Shown in pieces: positions 1 through 12,769 of a stretch of 64,000 nucleotides of DNA. Every line of letters starts with the position of its first letter. Position 1 is the first letter of the stretch. The DNA is taken from contig NC_043000.1 of NCBI RefSeq assembly GCF_006345805.1, positions 67,084,001 to 67,148,000 of the forward strand, given 5' to 3'. The notes under the pieces were generated by a model. It had not been told where the DNA came from. It searched no databases and was given only the letters and a program-made list of their open reading frames with translations. The translations under genes and the position numbers were made by a program. This DNA is from Octopus sinensis (taxonomy: Eukaryota).

Positions 1-579
<579 letters not shown>

Positions 580-586
580 TATATAT

Positions 587-689
<103 letters not shown>

Positions 690-773
690 CAGCCTGGCTG
701 TGTTTGTAGACAGTTGAAAAGAATACTTTTAACAAAACAAAAAAACAAATAATAAATGATAGCAATGTAGTTG

Positions 774-895
774 ACGAAGACAGGTGGAATAGACAACAAA
801 CAGATGTATTATGGTAACGCTCGGGAAGTTTCGAGCATACGCTCTTAACACAGAAAGAAACAAGGATAGAAAATAAAGCATGTGTAGTGGCTAGC
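774..895 (-). mobile_element. Degenerate Penelope terminal-repeat fragment with decayed hammerhead-like motif
   Basis: Reverse complement reads AAGAGCGTATGCTCGAAAC...CCCGAGCGTT...ATACATCTGTTTGTTG, matching 46065-46140. Confidence 0.75.
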
Positions 896-962
896 GTACA
901 CACACACATTTATATATATATTACACACATATAAACACATGTGTACACACACATATATATAG

Positions 963-999
<37 letters not shown>

Positions 1000-1042
1000 C
1001 CAGGCATATATATATATATATACATACATATACATACATATG

Positions 1043-1296
1043 TGGAAGCGTGTGGCTTAATGGTTAGGGATCTGACCACATGATCGTAAGATCGTGATTT
1101 CAATTCCTGGACCGGGCAATGCATTGTGTTCTTGAGCAAGGCCCTTCATTTCACATTGCTCCAATCTACTCAGCTGACAAAAAAGGAGTAATACTGTGAC
1201 TGACCGGCGCCTCATCCAGGAGGGGAATATATACGCAGCTGAATACAGGAAACCGGCCCCTATGATCCTAGCATGGCTTGAGAAGAAAACATCTTT
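1043..1296 (+). mobile_element. tRNA-derived SINE with V-domain-like core
   Basis: A/B boxes, TTCTTGAGCAAGGC, then GACTGACCGGCGCCTCATCCAGGAGGGG...GAAACCGG resembling the V-SINE central domain (recalled consensus). Confidence 0.65.
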
Positions 1297-1307
1297 TTAT
1301 ACATTAC

Positions 1308-1345
<38 letters not shown>

Positions 1346-1610
1346 ACATATTCACCAGAATATACATATATACACAAAGTGACGGACTGGTCTAAAAATA
1401 TTGGTTGCCAGGAGACTAAGCTCACCCCCCCCCAACTACATTGCTATCATTTATTTTTTTTTTGTTTTGTTAAAAATATTCTTTTCAACTGTCTATAAAC
1501 ACAGCCAGGCTGAAATAGATGATGTATTCTGCTAGGTGTCAGTAAAAAATTCTCAAACTTGAGGGGATGGGCCCCTTAGATACTAACACGGGCCTCCATA
1601 TATGGATTCT

Positions 1611-1654
1611 GATGGCGCAGGGTCCCACTTGCCATCGGGCAATCGGGCAACCTG
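1611..1654 (+). ncRNA. Candidate HDV-like self-cleaving ribozyme (imperfect) at the RTE 5' end
   Basis: P1 GATGGCG/TGCCATC, P2 CAGG/CCTG, TCCCAC loop, GGGCAA after P1', GGCAA before P2'; the P3/L3 segment is about 5 nt short. Confidence 0.4.
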
Positions 1655-4600
1655 GCCAGTCCACCACTGCATATACATACACTCATATACATCTACCCTA
1701 AATTCCAACCCCTCCTCAAAGCGGTTGGGTGGTGTAAACGGGCATTGTCAGAGCTATGCCGTCGGGAACTTCGGTTCCTGGTAGGGCCACTCAAGGCGGA
1801 TTGGTCTGGCATCGAGCGGTATTAGGGCCGCAGCCTGGCCAACAGGGCTCTGGTGAAAATTCCAAGAGGCGTCTGATCGGCAACCGGCGGCTTAGAGGTC
1901 GTTCTGTCCCTGCGTCTGTGGAGACTCCGCGGCAAACAGGGCGTCCCGTTACTCGGAATATGCATGCGGGATGTCGGGGACCGCTTGTGTATTCAATATT
2001 CTCACGAAACTTCTATGAATCCTTCTACTACTATGGCAATAAATACGAATACGAATTATCTACCTATGCAACCAATCAACAACCCTCAAACTGCTATGGC
2101 TCTTCAAACTACTCCTGGAGTAGTCCCGCTCTTTAAACGCAGGACCGAACTGAAGGTAGCGTGCTGGAACGTCAGAATCCTTCGCGACGACGATGTGCAG
2201 GCGCTGACAATGAAGGCTTTGCACAAGTACTGCGTGAATGTTGCTTGCCTTTCAGAAGTCCGACTCGCTGATGTTGGCCATCTGCCTATCTGCCTATCAC
2301 CTATATCATAGTGGCGTAACCGACAACACTGGTCTTCATGGGGTCACTGTGGGGCTCAGATTTGACGCGCAAGTGGCTCTGCTGGCGTGGCAACCAATCT
2401 CACACCGACTCGCGCCGGTTCGATTGAGGGGACAAATCTCCAATGTCAGTGCGGACAAGGTGCAATTCTACGCCGATCTCCAGGCTGCAGTGGATGGTGT
2501 CCCATCCAGTGATGTTCTCATTGTCGCTGGGGACTGGAATGCATGAACAGGGCCGGTTGATGATACAACGCGGCATATTCTGGGACGCCATGCCCTGGGC
2601 GTACGCTGTGACAATGGTGAACGGCTCGTATCCTTCGCAGATGCCAATCGTCTCATCGTTACTAACACCCGGTTCCAACATCCTCGGCGCCATCTCGTCA
2701 CTTGGCGGTCCAATGACGGGAGAATAGCCAATCAGATCGACTACATACTGGTCAGGTCCCGCTGGGCTTGCTCAGTGGTGGACTCGTGCGTATCGCGGGG
2801 CAGATACGGGCAGCGAACATGAATCAGACCATACTCTTGTTTGGGAAACCCTTCGTTTGCGGTTGCAGGCGAAACCTCCTCCTAACCGCATGAAGAGAAT
2901 CGACATCAAACTCGATGCTGGCAATGGTTTCTGGTTGGAGCGGCGGAACCGATTCCAGTTGCTTGGTGACGTGGTGGAACAGCAACCGGAGCAGGAGTGG
3001 CGCGCGCTGAAGGAGGCCTCGGTTGAGGTGGCCCGAAAACATCTCAGGTCTACTCGTCATTGGGACTGGATCTCCGGTGACACTCTTGAACTCGTGGAGA
3101 GGGTGAGGGTGGCTCGGCTCGAGGGGACTCCAAATCTTCTAGATCTACGACGTCAAGCCTCTCGGAGCATCCGAGCCGATTGAAATGCGCACCTGCGTGC
3201 ATTTGCGAAGCAGACGGAGAGAGCAGCCGCGTGCGTCGACTCACGCAAGCTTTACCAACTGGTGAAGCAGGCCAGCCGAAGCAATCCGGGTGTCAGCGAG
3301 ACGATCTGTGATCGGAACGGCACGGTCATTACCAACCTCAGTGACCGGCTGGGCCGATGGCGGGACCACTTCTCCGAGCTGCTCAATCACCTGCCTCCAT
3401 CTACGACAACCGACGCGCAGCTGCCTGGAGAAGAGTACGGGTGCAACACTGCTCCTCCAACGGTCGAGGAGGTCCGCAGTATCCTGAAAAATCTCCGGAA
3501 CAAGGCCCCGGTGAGGACGGTGTCCCAGCTGAGATCTACAAGGCCGAGCCTGATGTCTTCGCAGCCTGGCTTCATCGTGTCTTCTGTGCTGTGTGGGCGA
3601 CGGGGCGTTTTCCTGATGGAGTGAGGCAACTCTTTTACCTTTCTTCAAAAAAGGTGATAGAAAGCTGTGTTCCAACTATAGAGGCATCAGCTTGATCGAT
3701 GTGGCTGCCAAAACCTTTGCAATCCTTCTGAAGAGGTTCCAGGCCATCCGTGATGTCCGTACCGTCCTTCTCAGGGCGGCTTCCGTCCCGGGAGAGGGTG
3801 CGTTGATCAAATCTCCAGTCTCCGGCGAGTCCTGGAACAACGGTGGGCGCACCAACAACCTATCGTTCTCTGCTTCATCGATTTTGCGGCTGCCTTCGAC
3901 TCGGTGGATCGGGAAGCCGTGTGGCGTATTATACAGGCGGACGGTATCCCTATGGAGCTGCTAAATCTCATACAGGGCTACTATCGTTCAACGAGGGCTC
4001 GTGTAAGGGTCTATGGCAGGGAGACGAAGTCGTTTGACGTCGCTACCGGTGTTCGACAGGGTCGTGCGCTGTCGCCAACCCTATTCAATTACGCCATCAA
4101 TTACATTCTCAACACTGCGCTTCGGAACTACCCGGGCATTGAGGCTGGGAGAGGAGTCGTGGTGACGGACCTGGCCTACGCAGATGAAATCGCGCTCTTG
4201 GGCTCTAACCGGGCAAATGTCCAAGATGCTCTCGAAAGGGTGCATGCGGTAGCGGCAGCTGTTGGTTTTCGGATCAATGCTAGCAAAACCAAAGTGATGA
4301 CGTCTCTGGTCGCAGCAGATGAATGGCAGTCAATCGTTCTCGAGGGCGTGGAGCTGGAGGATGTGAAGTCCTTCGTCTACCTGGGTTCAAAGGTGGTTCC
4401 AACGGGCCAGGGCGCAGCTGAGATCGAGCGTCGCATAGGTGCTACCAGATCTGCATTCGTGCGCCTCCAGCAGTGCCTGTGGGACAGAAGAGAGATCTCC
4501 TCGGTGACCAAAGGGCGAATCTACCAGGCCGTCGTTCGTACTATTCTTCTCTATGGTTATGAAACATGGCTTTTGAGGGTAGTCGATCAGCGAAGGCTGG

Positions 4601-5067
4601 AGGTGTTCGACAATGACTGTCTCCGCTGCATTCTTCGTTGTCGACGCATCGATCGGGTTCTTACAGCCGGCCTTCGTCATCGCCTGAATCTTCGGCCCCT
4701 CCCTTCGGTGGTTCTACAACGGCGTTAAGGTGGTTCGGTCATGCGGCCTGGCGTCCAGAGGGTGAGCTGATTCGCGATGTCCTCCTCCCACCTCCACTTG
4801 ACAGCACCTCCCACCTCCAACTGGTGCAAACGCACGAGCGGGCAGCTGAAGACCTGGGCAACGACGGTAAAGGAGGACCTCTCCGAACTCTCAGGTCCGC
4901 AGGTGGTCGGTCTGCGCAGATGGAACCGTGAATGGTTCACTATCTCCAGTGACCTCGCACAGGACCGTCGAGCGTGGGCCGCCATGGTTCCTGATGCCGT
5001 CAGGACCAGAGAAGAAGCAGACTCAACCCACCCAGGGTGAACGCCGTCACAAATACAAGTACAAAAG
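1611..5067 (+). mobile_element. RTE-clade LINE, near full length, frameshifted (APE endonuclease + reverse transcriptase)
   Basis: ACWNVRIL, LSEVR, IVAGDWNA (APE); DFAAAFDSVDR (alternate frame), GVRQGRALSPTLF, LAYADEI, INASKTK, FVYLGS (RT); WFGH motif; stop at 5040; CAAGTA-type tail. No TSD found. Confidence 0.95.
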
Positions 5068-5477
5068 TTTTCATAAACATGTGCACACAAACATAAACGT
5101 ATATATAAAAATACACACGTACAAATCGTTGCTATCATGCAAAAGTGTTGTAAGTCCAAAATGTTGCTTTTACACAAAATGAAAAAATGGTTTCAGTATT
5201 CCATAGCTATACCATTGGACCATACTTTGACAATCTTTGATATCTTGGCATCTGAAGCAGTTGGAGATACAATGGTTTGACCAAAAGAACTGGCTATTGC
5301 AAGCAAAAATAAATATTAAAACAAACACATTTGGCCAAATTTGGACATACGACAGTTTAGCATAATAGCAACGAAATACTCATGTATACACAAGCATACA
5401 TATGTACATTCACATATGTACATGCACAAATTTTCACACATTCACATATATACACATTTGGGATGAGGTGGTGACAC

Positions 5478-5700
5478 AGAAGAAGTGCCAGTGACACGTT
5501 GAAGGCACCCATGATGGGGACACATTAAGGGCAGTTGTGCTGGTGACATGTGAAAGGTAGCCATACCGGTGGCACGTGAAAGGCACCTGTGCTGGTGACA
5601 TATCAGAGGTACCTGTGCTGGTGGCATGTGTACGGCACCCATACCGGTGACACATAAAAGGCACCAATGCTGGTGTTACATCAGAGGCACCTGTGCTGGT
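5478..5700 (+). repeat. 26-bp minisatellite, about 8-9 diverged units
   Basis: Units such as GGCACCTGTGCTGGTGACATATCAGA and GGCACCCATACCGGTGACACATAAAA in exact 26-nt register. Confidence 0.9.
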
Positions 5701-5826
5701 TCGGAAAAAGAGACCAATTGAATAAGTGCTAGGCTTACAAAGAATAAGCCCTGGGGTCGATTTCTTAAACAAAAGCTGGTGCTCCAGCATGGCTGCAGTC
5801 AAATGACTGAAGCTAGTAAAAGAATA

Positions 5827-5828
<2 letters not shown>
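5701..5828 (+). mobile_element. SINE family A, tail half
   Basis: GAATAAG..CTAGGCTTACAAAGAATAAG...GGTGCTCCAGCATGG. Confidence 0.85.
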
Positions 5829-5893
<65 letters not shown>

Positions 5894-5897
5894 TGTA

Positions 5898-6112
5898 AGG
5901 TGACAAGCTGACAGAACCGTTAGCACACCGGACAAAGTGCTTAGCGGTATTTCGTCTGTCTTTATGTTTTGAGTTCAAATTCTTCTGAGGTTGACTTTGC
6001 CTTTCATCCCTTTGGGGCGATAAATTAAGTACCAGTTGTGTACTCGGAATCGATCTAATTGACTATCCCTCTCCAAAAATTCCAGGCTCTGTGCCTAGAG
6101 TAGAAAAGAGTA
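5898..6112 (+). mobile_element. SINE family B (Nin-domain-like core)
   Basis: tRNA-like head, GAGTTCAAAT B-box, GAGGTTGACTTTGCCTTTCATCC...GATAAATTAAGTACCAG core. Confidence 0.85.
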
Positions 6113-6292
6113 TTTGTACAGGATGTATATATATTTATTTATATATACAATGTACTTCCACTTATTCACGGTTCGGCTTTCATGGTCTCGATTATTCGCT
6201 CTCCGAAACCATCGCATATTTACGGAATCGTAAATATCGTCTGCAATTTTTTATGACTTCTTTCATAGCAATCTCTCTCTCTCTCTCTCTCT

Positions 6293-6307
6293 TTATTATT
6301 ATTATTA

Positions 6308-6347
<40 letters not shown>

Positions 6348-6442
6348 TTTGACTTTTGCTTTATATTTGTACAAGTTGGCTCCAAGTCTCACCCAGAGAC
6401 CTCAAGAGACAACAGGTTGGAAGTTCACATTGTTGTTATGCC

Positions 6443-6500
<58 letters not shown>
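6293..6500. repeat. Two (TTA)n tracts
   Basis: About 6293-6347 and 6440-6500. Confidence 0.95.
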
Positions 6501-6597
6501 GTATAGATTACTCTGCTCAATCTCCAATTGGTGGTATGCGCATATTAGATGCAAGGAAGAGTTTTTGGGAAGTTTTTTGGGGAAAAAAAGCACTAAG

Positions 6598-8563
6598 ATG
6601 CCACCCAAACGCCATACACCTTCTAAGGCTTCTGGCAATGAATCTAAGTGCCAGAAAAAGGTTATGACGTTCCATGAGAAGGTACAACGGCTGGATATGC
6701 TCCAGGAAGGTAAAAGTTATGCTGCAGTAAGTCGCTGTTATGATCTCAAGGAAAGCACTATACGCTACATAGAAAAGAACGAGAAAGTTTCTGTGAAAGT
6801 GCCAAAAAGATAATGACAGTGCAAAATAAGCACATGGTCAGGATGGATCAGTAACTGCAAGATGAAAAACATTTCCTAGAATGGTATCATCATCGGCGAG
6901 AAAGCGCTGAAATTATACCAGCAGTTTGACAGAGAAGACGGAGCAGAGGGCACTGAAGGATCGCAACCAAGACCATTGACAGCACCAGAGTCCAAAGATT
7001 TTCAAGCCAGCAAGAGATGGTTTGAACATTTCCAGAAATGGTTTAAAATACAGCGTGTTTCCCAGTATGGAGAGACAGCATCAGCTGACAAAGAAGCTGC
7101 CGAGAAGTACTTCGAGACCTTCAAGCAAATCATTGAGGACAAGGGAAACAAGCAGGAACAGGTTTTCAGTATGGATGAGGTTGGCTTGTCCTGGAAGAAG
7201 ATGCCTTCTAGAATGTACATCATGAAGGATGAAGCCAGAGCTCCATGATTTAAGGCACAGAAGGTCAGAGTGATGCTAATTCCGTGTGGCCATGCTGCTG
7301 GTTTCATGATGAAACCAGGACTTATCTACAAGTCCGCGAACCCAAGGGCCTTTAAAAATAAAAAAAACCTGCTTCTTATCCACTGGATGCTCAAACCCAA
7401 GGCCTGGATTACCAAGAGTCTAACTTTGAATCGGTTCCACCAATGCTTTATCCTTCAAACTAAGAAATACCTCCAGAACGTATGCATAGAATTCAAGGTG
7501 TTGCTTGTCATAGATAATGCTGGTGGGTCACTCGAATCAAGAGGGGATCCAAGTTCAGTTCCTCCCTGCTAACACCATCTCCCTCATCCAGCCTATGGAT
7601 CAAGGCGTGATCCGTGCCTTCGAGGCGTTTTACACTCGGAACTCTTTCCAACACCTTGTAGACGCAATGGATTCGGACGAGAATTTCAAGTTGAAGGAGT
7701 ACTGGCGTAACTTCACAATCGCACGTGCCTGTCAGTCATTCATGCTGCTCTTAAAGGCATGAAAAAAGAAACCCACATCGCATGCTGGAAGAAGGTGTGG
7801 CCAGAGTGTGTCCAGGACTACGAGGGCTTCTCACCTGAAGATATTCAGCACGAGGCTGTCGACAATGCAGTGAAACTGGCAAAGGTACTTGGAGGCAAAG
7901 GTTTTGACTTCATCACACAAGATGAGGTCAACAATCTCGTCGATGCCCACTCTGAAATCCTGACAGATGAAGATTTGTTGGAGTTAACTAAGCCTACCAG
8001 CAAAGAGGAGGAGGAAGCGCCAGATCCAGAGGAAGAGGAGGATGATGTGAGCCTGTCAATCTAACGTCTGTCCGACCTTTTAAGGACAGCAAAGGAATTG
8101 CAAGGGAAGGCGGAAGCATGAGATCCTTATATTTCCAATTTAAAAATGCCATTGATACTACTATGCAGACATAAAACTCTCCTCACACCATGAAGAAACA
8201 AAGACATCAACTTCCCATCACAATGTTCCTCAACCCCACCAAGAAAGCCATGCAGGAAGATACGACATCCCCTAAAACACCCGAAGAAGAGGCGTCACCT
8301 GAAGGGCTTTAAATCTTCTTTGCTGTGCAGTCATTACCGTATTTTCATTGTGGTCGTCTTAAATCAATATCAGTCATTATTGATGAGTAACCATACATTT
8401 TACTTCATTGTCATTAAATTATTATAAAAGATTAAATTTATAATATTTTATCTTATATTTTGATATTAGAGGCATTTTTATGGACCACATCCAATATTCG
8501 CAGCTTTTCATTATTCGTGGATGCACTAGAAACGTAACCCCTGCAAATATCGGGGGACCACTG
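6598..8563 (+). mobile_element. Tigger/pogo DNA transposon, degenerate (CENP-B HTH + DDE)
   Basis: KKVMTFHEKVQRLDML HTH, ASKRWFEHF, VFSMDEVGL, LLVIDNAGG, FLPANTISLIQPMDQGVI; right terminus ...GGGGGACCACTG followed by TA at 8564. Matching left terminal inverted repeat (TIR) not found. Confidence 0.93.
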
Positions 8564-9138
8564 TATATATATTTATGTTACAGTAAGCCAATTATATACC
8601 ACTGCAGTGTGTATAGTAACAGAGAGAGTGTTGGTGAATTAGAAGCTGTGTGTTAGTGCGTGTGGGAAGTAGTAGAGAAATTCAGTATAGGTGTGTTCGG
8701 AGTGGTGCAAAATAGTAGTTGTAGTAGTGGTGGTGGTGATGGTAGAAAGAGGAGGCAGTGTATTGACAACTCAGAGAATCTGAGTTGTGTGTGTGTGTGA
8801 GGAGCAGATGCCATTGTAGTAGTGGGAGACAACACAGAAGGAGGAGAGTGCTCATGGAGTATTGGTGAGAGAGAATTTGGTCATGAGTCACATCGTCTAC
8901 TTGGAGGTGTCCGTTCTAGGATAACATTATGGATAACAGGAAGCCACATTGGCCCAGATGTATAAACAGCACTGTGGTGTAGTAACAACAGAACTATCCC
9001 AGATATCTGGAACAGGACCTCAACGTGGGGTCTCAGTGGACAAGATCACATTTCAGAATTAACTCTCTGTATCTCTAATTTATTTATAAAATTAATGATT
9101 TGTAGGAAAACCATATTTCGTTACACAACCATAATGCA

Positions 9139-9355
9139 CAAAGGAGTGCTGAAAAGTTCCTGGTTTTAAGGGTATCGTGAAAGTCCGGATTGGTGAGTCA
9201 ACCTTTTTAGTTCTTTTTACAAGGTTTAGAAAAACTGAAGGACCACTGCAAAAAGTGTGTGAATTTGAGAGGGGAATATGTTTAATTAAATCATAATTAA
9301 CTGATCCTCCTGTATTTTTTTGTACCCAAACCAGGAACATTTTAGCAGCCCCTTG
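9139..9355. mobile_element. Mariner-derived MITE
   Basis: Imperfect TIRs CAAAGGAGTGCTGAAAAGTTCCTGGTTT / AAACCAGGAACATTTTAGCAGCCCCTTG. Confidence 0.8.
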
Positions 9356-9371
9356 CATGTATATGTATGTG

Positions 9372-9439
<68 letters not shown>

Positions 9440-9599
9440 TGTGTGAGTGAGTGAAACTAGAAATCTTTAAGTAAATGTTACCCTAAACAGAATTAGAATC
9501 ATTATGAACATCAATAATCCCGCAATATCAATGTATAGTATAATATATATAACAAAGCCTCGAGAAATCGAGCAAGCCTTCGCAAGTTCAACTTTACGA

Positions 9600-9850
9600 G
9601 AATGAAAGATAAGATATATATTCACCGTCAACAAACACATCAAAGATATACTTACATCATCAGTTGCCTAACCGATAACATTATGGTTTCAACACATAAG
9701 CAGTACTATTCTGTTGGTTTATGTCAACTGCGTTAAAAACATAAACGTTTCTGGGAATTAAAAGACAAGAAGCATGAGAGAAACATTAGCACAATATGGC
9801 TTTCATCTGCTTATTATTACAAATCTGCCAAGAAATTAATGAAAGCGTAG
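9600..9850 (+). pseudogene. Highly decayed Penelope-like GIY-YIG region
   Basis: CLTDNIM and FWELKDKKHERNISTIWLSSAY resemble the xWELKxKxxxxxIxW motif of the element at 23.5 kb. Confidence 0.35.
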
Positions 9851-10504
9851 ACTTACCTCTTTACTTATGAACAGTAATCTATGAGTATTCTTAAGTATTC
9901 TATGTGCATTATTACTCTATAACGTAAGTGACGTTATACTCCGGAATATATAGCAAATTGTCCGCAAACTGTAAAACAATGACGTTACATTCGACATGAA
10001 TTAGAACTAGTCATTCGGTAGATCAGTTCTAAACTTGAAATTATTGATTTTTTTTCTCAAAATTTCACTGTGCCTCTCCCCAAAACAGTTAAAACATTTA
10101 ACTGACATTGTCTTAAATTAATCTTGTTTCTCTATGTGTATCATTAATCTTTCGATTCTTTCGAAAAATACACAAACCTCATTTGTAGTCCAGGCTTGAC
10201 CGAGAAAAACGTTAAACCCTATCCTTAGAGGAATTCTACGTAGTACCTTGGGCAAAAATGCAATACGAAAATTAAAGTTTTATCATAAAAACTAGCCACA
10301 ACCTTTTGCCTTTACAAATACTTTAACATTTAAATACTTAACTTTATCTACCAAGTCACTATTTCTAATCGCTTCGAGATGTTCTGGATATATTTTCACA
10401 AGTGAATATTCAAAATCTGCAGCAACCACCAAGTTGCTTGACTGAACCTGACTTTTACTTCTGTATAAATCAATAAGAAAACTAGGTTAACATAAAGGTA
10501 AGTA

Positions 10505-10585
10505 TACATAATACACACACACATAGATACATACATACATACATATATACATACATACATACATACATACACACACATACATACA

Positions 10586-10618
<33 letters not shown>

Positions 10619-10635
10619 GTATGTATATATATATG

Positions 10636-10672
<37 letters not shown>

Positions 10673-10821
10673 GTATGTATATATATATATGTATGTATAT
10701 ATATATGTATGTATATATAATATATATATATATTTATATTTCCTGAGCGCCATACTAATACAATTGTTCGTTTGTTTTCCACCTGCCTTCGTCTTTTGTT
10801 TATTTTCATAAAGCTTCCCGT

Positions 10822-10852
<31 letters not shown>

Positions 10853-10911
10853 GTATGTATAAATATATATATGTATGTATATATATATATAGTATGTATA
10901 TATATATGTAT

Positions 10912-10996
<85 letters not shown>

Positions 10997-11012
10997 ATAT
11001 ATATATATATAT

Positions 11013-11054
<42 letters not shown>

Positions 11055-11065
11055 TATATATATAA
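10505..11065. repeat. Compound (ATAC)n/(AT)n microsatellite interrupted by a Penelope end
   Basis: Directly visible. Confidence 0.95.
10741..10822 (+). mobile_element. Penelope terminal-repeat 3' fragment embedded in (TA)n
   Basis: CCTGAGCG...CTAATACA...CCACCTGCCTTCGTCTTTTG; matches 1-60 and 46105-46180. Confidence 0.7.
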
Positions 11066-11100
11066 TGTGTGTGTGTATATATATGTATGTATGTATATTT

Positions 11101-11530
11101 TTTATTCTTTTACTTGTTTCAGTCATTTGCGGCCATGCCAGAGTACACCACCTTAAAGGGTTTTAGTCCAAGAAATCGATCCCAGGACTTATTCTTTGTA
11201 AGCCTAGTACTTACTCTATCGGTATCTTTTGCCGAAGCACTAAGTTACAGGAACGTAAACACACCAACATCGGTTGTCAAGCAATGGTGGGTGGGGGACA
11301 AACACACACACACACACGCACACACACACAGACACACAGACACAGACACACACACACAGACACACACACAGATACACACACACACACAAAAAAATATATA
11401 TATACACGACGGGCTTGTTTCAGTTTCCGTCTACAAATCCACTCATAGGCTTTGGTCAGCCCGAGGCTCAATGTGACTCAACCCAGAACCACATGATTGG
11501 GAAGCAAGCTTCTTACCACACAGCCTCCCC
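11101..11530 (-). mobile_element. SINE family A, full length
   Basis: Reverse complement of the 198-579 architecture with central (CA)n. Confidence 0.9.
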
Positions 11531-12769
11531 CCACTCACACATTTGCTTATAAAGAGTTACATTTGCCACATGTCGAAATACTCTTAATTTGTTTAAATAT
11601 CTTCTCTGCTAATGTAATATATGCATTACACAGTGTAACAATTTTTTTATATTTTTGTCTGGTCAGTAAGTGTTACTTCCTGTTTGCTTCTAACATATAT
11701 TTATAATCTTTATTAAAACTATATCAATAACTTTAGATATACCTTCTACTCTTCTCAGATCAAGATTAGTATATAGTGTACAGAAATCTTACACATGCAT
11801 GGTCCACACTACTATAATCTTTTGCGGCTTGCTTAAACATTCGTTATTTGACCTTACATTCTAAAATAAGTGACACTCGAATTGCAAAAAAAAGTTCCTC
11901 ATCATGGACAACTTAACAACATGTAGTGCATCATTAAGTAATATAGACAGATGTTTGTTGGTACACTTTCTGGTACTCAGAATAAATGTATTCTTATAGG
12001 GGACCTTATGCAATTCTATAATAATAATAATAAAAAGTTTGGAATAACTTAGCCCTTTCTTCTATGCTGGAACTACTAAACCGTTTCACCTTAGGTATTA
12101 ACTACCTTATTATCTAGGACGTATTATCAGTTAGTACTATTACCTTGAAAATTAAAAACAGTTCCTTACCCTAACTCATAACCTAATATCATTGAATCGT
12201 ACTATTTGCAAATAACGACAAAATTCCCTGCAGCCTTATTCGCTGGTACGATACTATCTTGCAATACATTAATATATTCCTTGACTGCTTACTAAAAACT
12301 GTTTACTTTCCTGTCATCCTGATCATATCCGTTAATTGCAACTATTCAGCCGTCATTTGAACGATAGTGACAACTCGGCCATCTTATTCGACGTGAGTGT
12401 AAATGTGTGGTAACAGTTGATACAAAGGCTAATGTTAATAAAGTGGGTAAAAGGAAATAATTATTCAGGGACTATAGTATTGGTTGTATCATCTGTTACC
12501 ATACGAATTCTCGTTTGCATTCACATCTAATAAGATGGTCGAATTGTAGATACTATTCAAACTTCAATTGAATAATTGTGAATATAATCGCATAAAAATA
12601 ATGGTACCGTACAGTTAGCATTTTGTTATTTAAAGAAATTTATTCATTTATCGAATGCAGTATTGATCTCATCTTAGTTTGTTACTAACGTAACTCCTCC
12701 CTTCCTGATGTTCTGAGTGAGAGATGGGTAATTATTGTGAGCCAAGAATCCAATAAACATTCTACATCT

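Noticed and set aside
5478-5700. Regular repeat array as a possible CRISPR
   Set aside because: Contiguous tandem units with no spacers, no cas genes, eukaryotic context
6147-6270. Tigger-like sequence as the left TIR of the 6598-8563 element
   Set aside because: Only patchy similarity to the right TIR, and separated by other repeats; more likely a different relic
8653-9070. Possible decayed Penelope 3' end on the minus strand
   Set aside because: Could not recover convincing GIY-YIG motifs in any frame
12350-12392. Possible micro-exon ending at a GTGAGT donor
   Set aside because: Weak acceptor, only 43 nt, no other support
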